DNA of 64,000 bases from Stegostoma tigrinum (taxonomy: Eukaryota): contig NC_081361.1 in assembly GCF_030684315.1 (NCBI RefSeq), positions 45,925,553 through 45,989,552 on the forward strand, in the 5' to 3' direction. Position numbers and translations under genes: made by a program. This document shows positions 1 through 10,042 of this stretch, one piece after another; position 1 is the first letter of the stretch; each line of letters opens with the position of its first letter. The notes below the pieces were generated by a model, which worked only from the letters and a program-made list of their open reading frames with translations, was not told where the DNA came from and did no database searches.

Positions 1-343
1 TGGTCATTCTCTCATTGGTTGCTCCTGCAATCGATTGAGCGTTTTGGAGCCTTTCAGGTGAATTTGCCCACAGCTAACATGTATTTTGAGGGTGGATGCT
101 GTGCTGAGAATACTCCCCATCCTAGTACTGGTTGAGTCTTATCATGCATATTAACAAGATCAGGGAATCACTGACACCTAAACAATGATATTTTCCCTCG
201 AGCAAAACTACATACTTTAATAAGCTTTCTCAGAAATTCAGCCAGATTTTTAGACAGGCAATCTGGTCGGCACAATTGGAACGGAAGGTTAGGGGGCGCA
301 CAAGAGAAGGGGCAAATGTAACACATTTGAATCAAGTCAATAC

Positions 344-478
344 CGAAACAGATTCCAGAGCTTGATCCACGTAATTAGGCTTGGCCTCGGTTTTAAAAAT
401 GATAGCTTTCTTTAGAGCCTCTTCAGCTTTGTCCCAATTCTGCATCGTGGCATGTGCCAACGCCACATTGTGAAGTAC
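344..478 (-). CDS. NCF2: Neutrophil cytosol factor 2 (p67phox), coding exon 4 (TPR region); gene continues beyond left edge
   Basis: Reverse complement between ctag| and |gtattg gives 135 nt: VLHNVALAHATMQNWDKAEEALKKAIIFKTEAKPNYVDQALESVS, resembling p67phox [22 protein letters not shown]...; phase-compatible with the previous exon. Confidence 0.9.
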
Positions 479-679
479 CTAGGAGAAGCAATCAAAGTTG
501 AAGTACAAAGTACTAGCATTTCTCCTTTGTGTAAATGTAAAGCATTGAGTATTAGCAACAATTATTCAAGCACGACATAGGGCAAGTATTTGGGTCTTTA
601 ATAGCCTTGCATGTTCAGGAATTGGACGTGAGAATTCAAATGTGTTCAATTCTCATAATGCCAGGTTCAACTTCTAGCC

Positions 680-1050
680 AAACCTTCCACCCAATGACTC
701 CATCAAAAATACCGCTGCCTTCGGAAGGCAGTCGACATAATCAAAGATACCTCCCACCCTGGTTGTACTCTCTTCTAAGCTCTTCTATCAGGCAGAAGAT
801 ACAAATCCTTAAACACATGAACCAACAGAGTCAAAAACAGCTCCTTTTCCATTTTTCTGAATGGACCTCTCAAATTTTATATTTAAATATTACTTCTATT
901 CTCTGTGAAACTTGTCTGCAGCTATAATGTTGTATTCTTCACTCTGTTCTATTACCCTCATGCACTTTCTATGGTATGATATGCCTGTACTGCATGCAAA
1001 ATAAAACTTTCCATATCTAGGTACACACGACAACAATAAATCAAATCAAC
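680..1050 (+). mobile_element. Rex1/Babar-like LINE 3' fragment
   Basis: Degenerate IIKD.SHPG..LF..L.SGRRY C-terminal RT motif and an aataaatcaaatcaa tail; boundaries approximate. Confidence 0.6.
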
Positions 1051-2149
1051 ATCAAAAAAACCCCAGCAACTCAGAGGTCATTTTCTGTTTTTGGCTCTGC
1101 TGAAATGTCAGTCTAAGGAACTATGTGCAGCAAAGTGTTTGGGAGTTTGGCTGCTCGGATTAACTCTTAAGGTGAGAAGATAAATTCTTCATATTACTTT
1201 TTGCAAGTTGAGAATTTGCACTCTTGTGTGCCCAAGCTGAATTGTGCTCGTAATAATAGTTGCTTTCTTTTTGCTGACAATCAATTGTTGAATTTTGATA
1301 TTACTCCAATGTTACTTTTCTTCACTATTCTTGCATACTGCTGGTTTAACCTGACACTTCATATTAGATGAGACTGAATATTTGAATATATATGAATATA
1401 TGTCTGCCATACCAGGACAGGCAATCTGCAGTGCAGAACTCCATAAGCTCGTGTTGGGTAGGAATTTGGAAACAGCAACTAGTTCATTATTGTCCTGTGG
1501 ATAGAGGCATCAGTTGGATGGCACACATAACTTTTACTGTGTGGAGCTGCACTTATCTACAAAATGTCACAAATGTACTTACCCAAAAATGCTCCATTAA
1601 CTGACCTTAATGAAACAACAGACTTTTCAATCAAATGTTACTTTGCCAGTATCCACTACATAAGATCATCATGCACATTATCCAGGAAGCAACAAAGTCT
1701 CCGCATTTTTTGGCAAAGTTGGAACATCGGGTGGATGGTATTAAAGTGAACAATACCATCCTCAAGCAAATAGTTGTTTGTTGGACTTGGAAAGTTCCTA
1801 AAAGTAGGAACCATTTGGGTGTAGACATTTCAACAACTGTTAGCTGACTCTTTGCTGTGAGCTCCATCATTGTGGAAAGTTTACTGAGCAGCTTTAACAG
1901 AATGAAAGGACATATACAACATTCTGGGCACAATTCAGAAGAAGCAGCTGTTCACAGCTCTGATTTGTATTGCAATTGATGGTGCCTGCAAGAAATTCCT
2001 CCAAAATTCGGCAGTACATTTACCTTCAGATCCCTTTTAACACGAGTAGTTTATGTCAATGACAGCTATGCTTTTACAGCAGGGTAGTGTTTATTTTCAG
2101 ACAGGGTCACCTTTAGTTGTTTGCACCTTGGCTATTACTGATACATACA

Positions 2150-3716
2150 CATTTTGTCAAAACTTTCCATTTTGCACTGATCAGAGCAATTCACAAGAAA
2201 TACCAAACTAAAGGAAAAGCAACAGTAATTCTATATGAAGCTGGATGAACACAGCGGGCCAAGCAGCATCAGAGGAGCAGGAAAGCTTGACATTTCAGGT
2301 CGGGACCCTTTTTCAGAAATGGGGGAGGGAAAGGGGATTCTGAAATAAATAGGCAGACAGGGGGAGGCGGATAGAAGATGGATAAAGGAGAAGATAGGTG
2401 GAGAGGAGGCAGACAGGTCGAAGAGGCAGGGTTAGAGCCAGTGAAGGTGAATCTAGGTGGGGAGTTATAGGTGGATAGGTCAGTCCAGGGAGGACAGACA
2501 GATCAGGGGGGTGCGGGATGAGGTTAGTGTGTAGGGGACAGGGTGAGGTTTGAGGTGGGAGGAATGGTTAGGGAGGCCGGGACTAGCTGGGCTGGTTTTG
2601 GCATGTGGTCGGGGGGGGAGGGGAGATTTTGAAGCTTATGCAATCCGACCCTACCACCAAAGACATTTTCCCTCCCCACCCTTATGTGTTTTCTGGAGGG
2701 ACCACTCTCTCCATGACTCCCTTGTCTGCTCCACACTCCCCTCCAGCCCCACCATCCCCGGCGCTTTTCCCTGTAACCGAAGGAAGTGCTACACCTGCCC
2801 CTATACCTCCCCCCTCACCCCCATCCCAGGCCCTAGGAAGACTTTTCACATCAAACAGATGTTCACCCGCACATTTGTCAATGTTATATACTGTATCCGC
2901 TGTTCCCATTGTGGCTTCCTCTACATCGGGGAAACCAAGCAGAGGCTTGGAGACCACTTTGTGGAACATCTATGCTCAGTTTGCAACAAACAGCTACAGC
3001 TCCCAGTCACGAATCTTTTCAACACCCCCTCCACCACTCATGGGTTGACATGTCCATCCTGGGCCTCCTGCATTGCCACAATGATGCCATCTGAAAGATG
3101 CAGGAACAGCATCTCATATATCACTTGGGAACTCTGCAGCCCAAGGGTATCAATGTGGATTTCACAAGCTTCAAAATCTCCCCTCCCCCCTGACCACATG
3201 CCAAAACCAGCCCAGCTGGTCCCTGCCTCCCTAACCATTCCTCCCACCTCAAGCCCCACCCCCATCACTTACCACTAACCTCATCCCGCCCCCCCGGCCT
3301 GTCTGTCCTCCCTGGACTGACCTATCCCCCCGTAACTCCCCACCTACATTCACCTTCGCTGGCTCTAACCCCGCACCTTTGACCTGTCTGTCCCCTCTCA
3401 CCCTATCTTCTCCTTTATCCATCTTTTATCCATCTTCCCCGTCTGCCTATTTATTTCAGAATCCCCTTCTCCTCCTCCACTTCTGAAGAAGGGTCCCGAC
3501 CTGAAATGTCAAGCTTTCCTACTCCTCTGATGCTGCTTGGCCTGCTGTGTTCATCCAGCTTCACACTGTGTTATCTCAGATTCTCCAGCATCGGCAGTTC
3601 CTGCTACCTCAGTAATACTATGTGATAGACTTACCGTGTGCATGTTATCTATCCTTTATTTTGTCATTTCTTGTGGATTCTCCTGATGAGTGCAAGATGA
3701 AAAACTTTGACAAAAT
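2150..3716. mobile_element. Palindromic host element (~65-bp inverted arms at 2150-2215 and 3652-3716) with a degenerate hammerhead-like core, interrupted by a PLE
   Basis: The arms are approximate reverse complements; the right arm contains ctgatgagtgcaagatgaaa. Confidence 0.6.
2239..3609. mobile_element. Penelope-like element, 5'-truncated, with inverted pseudo-LTR and GIY-YIG endonuclease remnant
   Basis: ORF 2550-3278 contains NVIYCIRCSHCGFLYIGETKQRLGDHF.EH; ~2239-2640 is an inverted copy of ~3165-3560; TSD cagtaattctatatga (2223-2238) / cagtaatactatgtga (3610-3625). Confidence 0.88.
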
Positions 3717-3822
3717 GGGTCTTTTTTCGTCAGTGCTCAGTGCCAGCTTTCTTTAGGCCACTTCTTCAATGTATCCTACTTAGCTCTACTATGTTGTTTC
3801 TTGCCTCTTTAAACGGACTTAC

Positions 3823-3931
3823 TTGACAAGTGGACAGCTTGTACCGGAGGCCCAACTGGTTGTAGTCAATCAGCTGATTCCCCCTCAGACGGTTAAGGGC
3901 TTCTACAAAGTCACGCAAAGCCTCTTCATAC
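3823..3931 (-). CDS. NCF2: NCF2 coding exon 3
   Basis: 109 nt between cag| and |gtaagt: (K)YEEALRDFVEALNRLRGNQLIDYNQLGLRYKLSTCQ; LRGNQLIDY is a p67phox hallmark (Rac-binding TPR region). Confidence 0.93.
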
Positions 3932-4277
3932 CTGAGCATAGAATGTGAAGCAACATCAAGAGGAGAAAGCTAAATTCCATTAATGCACGACACAGGTAAC
4001 CTTTCATTTAAATAAATATTTCCATCAAGGAATTTTGACTTGCCAGTTCTAGCATGCATATAGGTTTAGGATCAAAAGCCACTGAAGTACAAGCAGTGTG
4101 GTGAGTTGTTATAATTGCTCACATTAACAGTGTTTTTGCATGGTTTCAAAATATAATTCTTAATCATTATTGAAGCTATACAGATATGATTCAACCTTTT
4201 CCAAATAGGCTGCTCTGTTTGATTTCAAATAGGAGTATTACAAGTTGACTCTAAAAGAAGTGTAGGAAAGAGCTTAC

Positions 4278-4360
4278 TTTTCATTTTTGTACAAAGTTAT
4301 CCCGCGTTGATAGAAAGCAACCGCCAAGTGCTCGTCCTTGCAGATGCTTTTATCAAATGC
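4278..4360 (-). CDS. NCF2: NCF2 coding exon 2
   Basis: 83 nt between tag| and |gtaagc: AFDKSICKDEHLAVAFYQRGITLYKNE(K), matching p67phox [20 protein letters not shown]. Confidence 0.93.
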
Positions 4361-4718
4361 CTAGAGAGTAAAGAGTATACTTTACATTTTTTTAAAATCA
4401 AAATGCCCCTAAAACAACCCAGCTCTACTTTAGGTACTTTGGTGTTTTGCAATGATTCATTGCCCGTTTTATTTTAGCCCGCATGCAATAATAATTATTC
4501 CATGGAAAACAAAATATTTTGTCTCAGAACAACAGAAGCATGCTATTAACAAATCTCTCAACCACATGGATACATTGCAATGGTTCCAGCAATTGCTTGA
4601 GCTCTAAAGGCCAGAGATGTCGTGCTTGACAAGAAGGACTGTAAAGTTAAGCATTATTTCTTATTTTTCTGTCTTTACATTTTTCTGTCAATTGAACAGA
4701 AGATGAAGTTCTATTTAA

Positions 4719-4846
4719 ATAAAAACCGAAAGAACTGCAGATGCCGTAAATCAGAAACAAAAGCAAATTGCTGGAAAGATTCAGCAGATCCGGCAGCATC
4801 TGTGGACAGGAATTGGAGTTAACATTTCGGATTGAGCGTCCCTTCC
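4719..4846 (-). mobile_element. Short PLE-terminus-derived insertion
   Basis: Same sequence family as the left arm of 18270-18490; flanked by the tctatttaa direct repeat. Confidence 0.6.
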
Positions 4847-5197
4847 TCTATTTAAGCAATTTCTTTTTATTAATTCTGTAATACGAAATGGCACCAGATT
4901 GTGGCCAGAAAACACTTTTCACTGTTTTTCCCAAATACATGTGACAACAAAATTATTCATTCATTAATTCGTTCATGCATTCATTCATTTCAGTGCTGGA
5001 TCTGACCATACTTACTGCACACAAGAAACTCCTAGTAGTTCCCATCTGCTGTAGGTGCCCTGTCTGCTTTTATTTAATAAATAATTATTGCCTTAATTAG
5101 AGACCAAAAAAAAACTGCAGATGCTGGAATCCAAAGGTAGATAAATGGGAGGCTGGAAGAACACACCAAGCCAGGCAGCATCTGGAGGAAAGGAGCT

Positions 5198-5231
5198 GTC
5201 AATGTTTCGGGTAATTACCCTTCTTCAGGAC
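5198..5231 (-). ncRNA. Minimal hammerhead-ribozyme motif within a short PLE-type repeat (~5100-5235)
   Basis: Reverse complement gtc-CTGAAGA-a-GGGT(aatt)ACCC-GAAA-c-ATT-gac: conserved core, 4-bp stem II, 3-bp stem I. Confidence 0.55.
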
Positions 5232-5674
5232 TTAACTTCATCCACTGAACCTGAACAATGAATTGAATCCAGATAGTAATTAAATAGCAAAACATTAGTT
5301 GGCTTAATTTTTTTATACTACTTAACTGATCTACTCTTACTTTATTCTCGATTAAATAAAAATAAGAGTCACCAGAATACCCTCCTCCTGTGATTGCTTG
5401 ATCTGTAATTTCACTTTGAGAAATGATAATTGCCCCTCCTGCTGGGCTCAGACACTCAGTCAGATTGCAATGCTACACAGCTCCCAGCCTCTGCCTTTAT
5501 CTGATTATTTTATGATTACTTGTAGAAATAGTTGCAGAATAAATACATATCATGCTAAATTAAGAGATTAAAAACAAACTAAAATTGAAGAAGGTCTGAT
5601 GGAGCTTACAATTTTTGTCAAATTTAGGAAACACTCGAATAAAACAGAAAAAAAACCTTCAAGATTAATAAGGA

Positions 5675-6105
5675 GCTTGACCATCCAGGACAAAGCAGCC
5701 CAATTGATTAGCACCACATCCACGAACATCCATTCCCTCTACCATCGATTCTCAGTAGCAGCAGTGTATACTGTCGAGAAGATACACTGCAGGAATTCAC
5801 CAAAGATCTTGAGGTAGCAACTTCCAAACCCATGATCAGTACCATCTAGAATGACAATGGCAACAGATGCACGAGAGCACCACCATCTGCAAATTCCCCT
5901 GCTAGCCACTCGTCATCCTGACATGGAATTACATCACTGTTCCTGGGTCAAAATCCTGGAATTTCCTCTGAAAAGGCATTGTGGGTCAGGCTACAGCACA
6001 TGGACTGCAGTGGTTCAAGAAGGCAGCTCCCTACCACCTTCTGAAGGGCAATAAATACTGGCCAGCCAGCAACACGCACATCCCATGAGAGAGTGGAATA
6101 AAACG
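5675..6105 (+). mobile_element. CR1/Jockey-superfamily LINE 3' fragment (same family as 15890-16570 and ~40500-42920)
   Basis: TIQDKAAQLI...IHSLYHR.SVAAVYT C-terminal LINE motif; tail gggcaataaatactggccagccagc...aataaaa. Confidence 0.75.
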
Positions 6106-6399
6106 AAAGTAAGGAGTGTATCTCAAAAAATATTTTTAAACATCTTGCAACCGAGTCTAAAGGGGTGGGCAAATTCTTCTCATTTCCTCTTGCTCTTGGT
6201 TTAGCAATGTTTTAAATTTTAAACAAATGTATTTTTCCCTAATTCAGTATGTGCTTGGTTATGCATTAAAGCTATGAAAAACAAGACAGAAAATCCTTTT
6301 AAGTTAGTTAAAATGAAGTGGCTTTTTTATTGTAAACTCACTGAGTACGAAGTATAAATATTACTTAAAAGGTATAACCTAACTTGGAATTCCATGTCA

Positions 6400-6500
6400 G
6401 AAACACACAAACTCACACCAACATACACACAAACAAACACACACATGCACACACACACACACACATGCATGCACGTTCACACACACACACACACATACAT
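6400..6500. repeat. Imperfect (CA)n microsatellite
   Basis: Runs of acacac visible directly. Confidence 0.9.
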
Positions 6501-7005
6501 AAATGTGCGAGCAATCAGAACAAGGACAGGATGAGGGAGGTTGGAATTGAGAAATGATTACAGTTCTCAGGTGAAGGATTATATTTTCTGATGTTGATTT
6601 TAAAGTTCTGGTGGTTACAACTGAACTGGTTCTGCTGTTGTCCTGGATTTGTGTACAGCAAGTATGCACATTCAGTATTTTCATCAGATCTGATCATCTT
6701 ACAGAATTGGGCACACCACGTCCAGTGAAAGGGAAGCTCTTCATCTTTTGATGTGACTGGATGTTACTGCCCTCTTTAGCAACAAGCACAAACGAATCAT
6801 CATGGCCCCACACAGAAGTGATGTTTCGATGTGTAAACATTGGCTGTTAGGTCACAATAACGATTAATCAATTCTCAAAGAGGTTTGCGGTTTCCCCTTG
6901 TTGTAGGTTCAGGTGATGGGGTTTGGGGAACAGTGGTTCAATCCTCCTCTTTACATAGTAAGTTTTGGTTTAATTCGTTGTTCCAATAATATCTGCAATT
7001 TCAAT

Positions 7006-7143
7006 GAACACAGCAGGCCAAGCAGCATCTCAGGAGCACAAAAGCTGACGTTTCGGGCCTAGACCCTTCATCAGAGAGGATCTAGGCCCGAAACATCAGC
7101 TTTTGTTATCTCGGATTCTCCAGCATCTGCAGTCCCCATTATC
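7006..7143. mobile_element. ~140-bp hairpin mini-element built from PLE termini, with an intact hammerhead core (7045-7076, - strand)
   Basis: Perfect 14-bp TSD tctgcaatttcaat (6992-7005 / 7144-7157); reverse complement ct-CTGATGA-a-GGGT(ctag)GCCC-GAAA-c-GTC-ag. Confidence 0.75.
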
Positions 7144-8107
7144 TCTGCAATTTCAATCATTGCCAAGGCATTTGAAGATCTCATTGCGAGCTACATATTG
7201 AAGATGCTGAATTTTGATGTTCAGGTAATTATCCTTAGATAACATTTTCGGGAATATGGTCAGCCAAGTTTCTTAAACATTCTTTTGTAAATCCCAGTGC
7301 AGCTTGGCTACCTTCAGGTCAGGTGACATTGAAAACCATTTTAAGGTATCCCAAACTTATTATTAACTGTTCACTCAAAGACAAAAGTCCATGGCTTTTA
7401 AATTCATTGATAAGATTTACAGATTAATATTTCGTACTCTTATATCATCGTGACAAACAGTAAGGTGGTGTGCGAGTGTCAGTAATAAAGAGTAAATTTT
7501 TAAAAGTGAGGTTGATTCTGAGGGGACGGGATACAGAGGTAGTGAAGGATAAGTAGAAATTAGCAGGAATAGTTAACAAGTGTTTCATTTCAGTGTTTAA
7601 CAACATGGAATGCAGAGAAATCCTGAATAGGGTTAACATGAGCTGAATAACATCATAAATAAAAGGAAACTATTAAAGAAGTTTGGTTATCTAAATATTC
7701 TGAGACCTGATGAAATATATCAAAGGATTCTGAGGGAAATGAGGAACAAATAGCTTGGTTGATCATGCTCCTGGTAGGAAATGGCAGGAGATTGATTCAG
7801 TGACAATGCTGGAGTGAAGTTAAGAGTTGAATTGCAGCTAATAGTTTTCTGTAGTCACAGCGTTATTATTGTAGAGAATTAGGAGAAGGTACTGAAGATT
7901 TTTCTTGTTGATGATCACTGCCTGACACGTGAAGGAAAAATGATACATGCCTTTGATTCCTTTGCCCTTTGTAATTTTCAATGGGGTTTGTTGTAAATCT
8001 TTGCTTTTCTTTAATTTATATTAAAACTGAACTCACAATTGCACCAATGTAACACAATTGTTGGATTAATATCCAGTAAATTGTGAAATTGATTTATATG
8101 TCATGAG

Positions 8108-8127
8108 CAGTTTCATTTCCACTTTTT
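8108..8127 (-). promoter_or_regulatory. Candidate Ets-IRF composite element (EICE) in an NCF2 intron
   Basis: Reverse complement aaaagtGGAAATGAAActg matches GGAAnnGAAA; a second GGAAGTGAA lies near 8167-8175. Confidence 0.3.
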
Positions 8128-8389
8128 CGGTACATTTTGGTTTCCATAAAGCAATAAACAAACTGCTTCACTTCCCTGTAAAACACGAACTAACTACGTT
8201 TCCTACTATTCTTGTGGGTTTAATCTTCTCAAATGAAATGTCTACTTGTTATATTTTGCTCAGCGTTTACAATGTTAATCAGTGAATTGTAACCCTCTTG
8301 TTATTTTGATATGTCTTGGAATAAAAACAGAAGCATTTCAAGTAATTCCGAATACACCTTCAAAATGTGGAACTGTGACAGCAACTTAC

Positions 8390-8563
8390 CTTCTCAGCCT
8401 GGCTCCATTCTCTGCGGAGGAGATGCAGGCAGCCGATGTTGAAACAGATTTTGGAGCTGGGCTCGAGTATAGTGGTGAACAGGTTGAGTGCGGTTAGCCA
8501 CTCCTGGCGGTCTGCTGCAGTAATGCCTTCATCCCATAATTTGATGGTGTCTGTTAGAGACAT
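8390..8563 (-). CDS. NCF2: NCF2 first coding exon
   Basis: 174 nt: MSLTDTIKLWDEGITAADRQEWLTALNLFTTILEPSSKICFNIGCLHLLRREWSQAEK|gtaagt, matching p67phox MSLVEAISLWNEG...SRICFNIGC; acceptor ctgcag 29 nt upstream of ATG; NCF2-ARPC5 synteny. Confidence 0.93.
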
Positions 8564-8849
8564 ACTGAGCCCGGCCGTTTAATGTATACAAGCTGCAGCG
8601 CGTGAAATAGCGTGGTTTGTATGCACTGGCTAAACCAGCAACTAATTTCAACGCACTGCTTCTTTTACCGTCTGCTTCCTCCGCTTGACTGAATACGCTA
8701 TAGAAATACTACAGGAAATGTGACCATGAGCCCAACTTTAGCTGTGACTAGACCAGTTTCATAGGAAGTTAACTCACTGACATTGCCTTTTGATATAGTG
8801 GCTGCAAGTCCTGTGGAGATGTGAACGGTCTGACAAATCCAAACCTTAC

Positions 8850-9209
8850 CATGAACATAAGAGAGATTATAACAGTCTAAAGGCAAATTAATTGATTTAC
8901 CAATCCTCCCGCACCTTCCACAAATATTTTTATATGTTTTGTATTTTAGTTTCCTGTTGCAAACTTCTAAATCAAGTATTTTCGATGCTGGAAACGGCTG
9001 GCTAAAAAATTTAACTCTGGGCAGTTTGTGTTCCAGCAGCTGTCAGACTGACGCTTCAGACACCGCCTCTATATTTCCCTGACAACAGTAACATCGTCAA
9101 CAAACAGGGAGGCCATTACAGACAGACCAAATGCGCAGCTAACAAAGTACTGAAGGGACATCATTTCCAATCACAAAGAAAAGCAAAAAAGCGCTAAGAT
9201 TTGGTGAGT
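8850..9209. promoter_or_regulatory. Candidate bidirectional promoter and untranslated first exons of NCF2 (-) and the NmrA-like gene (+)
   Basis: Unique sequence with a - strand donor atg|gtaagg at 8850/8849 and a + strand donor ttg|gtgagt at 9203/9204; ETS core near 8949-8959; both genes' first coding exons are preceded by splice acceptors. Confidence 0.35.
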
Positions 9210-9249
9210 AGCATTGTCATAGATTCCCTTTGCACCCCCCGATGTAGAT

Positions 9250-10040
9250 TTAAGACCATAAGACGTAGGAGTGGAATTAAGGCCATTCGGCCCATCGAGT
9301 CCACTCCGCCATTTAAATCATGGCTGATGGGCGTTTCAACTCCACTTCCCTGCACTCTCCCCGTAGCCCTTGATTCCTTGTGAGATCAAGAGTTTATCGA
9401 TCTCTGCCTTGAAGGCATCCAACGTCCCGGCCTCCACTGCACTCCGTGGCAATGAATTCCACAGGCCCACCACACTCTGGCTGAAGAAATGTCTCCTCAT
9501 TTCTGTTTTAAATTTACCGCCTCTAATTCTAAGGCTGTGCCCGTGGGTCCTAGTCTCCCCTCCTAATAGAAACAACGTCTTAGCGTCTACCCCTTCTAAA
9601 CCATACATTATCTTGTAAGTTTCTATTAGATCTCCCCTCAACCTTCTAAACTCTAATGAATACAATCCCAGGGATCCTCAGCCGTTCATCGTATGTTAGG
9701 CCAACCATTCCACGGATCATCCATGTAAATCTCCACTGGACATGCTCCAGCTCCAGTTTGTCCTTCCTGAGGTGTGGGGGCCAAAATTGGACACAGCATT
9801 CTAAATAGGGTCCAACTAGAGCTTTATAAAGTCTCAGAAACACGTCACTGCTTTTATATTCCAGCCCTCTTGAGATAACCGACAACATTACATTCGCTTT
9901 CTTAATCACGGACCCTACCTGCAAGTTAACCTTTAGAGAATCCTGGACCAACACTCCCAGATCACTTTGTACTTCTGCTTTACAAATTTTCTCACCATTT
10001 AGACAATTGTCCATGCCTGTATTCCTTTTTCCAAAGTTTG
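9250..10040 (-). mobile_element. CR1 LINE 3' fragment (young subfamily)
   Basis: ORFs 9336-9665 and 9646-10119 encode the CR1 RT C-terminus (SLEFRRLRGDLIETYK..TRTHGHSL..LWNSLP), nearly identical to 59430-60520. Confidence 0.92.
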
Positions 10041-10042
10041 TA

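Noticed and set aside
344-8563. Calling the TPR gene NOXA1
   Set aside because: MSL..I.LW.EG, ICFNIGC and LRGNQLIDY, plus adjacency to ARPC5, fit NCF2 better
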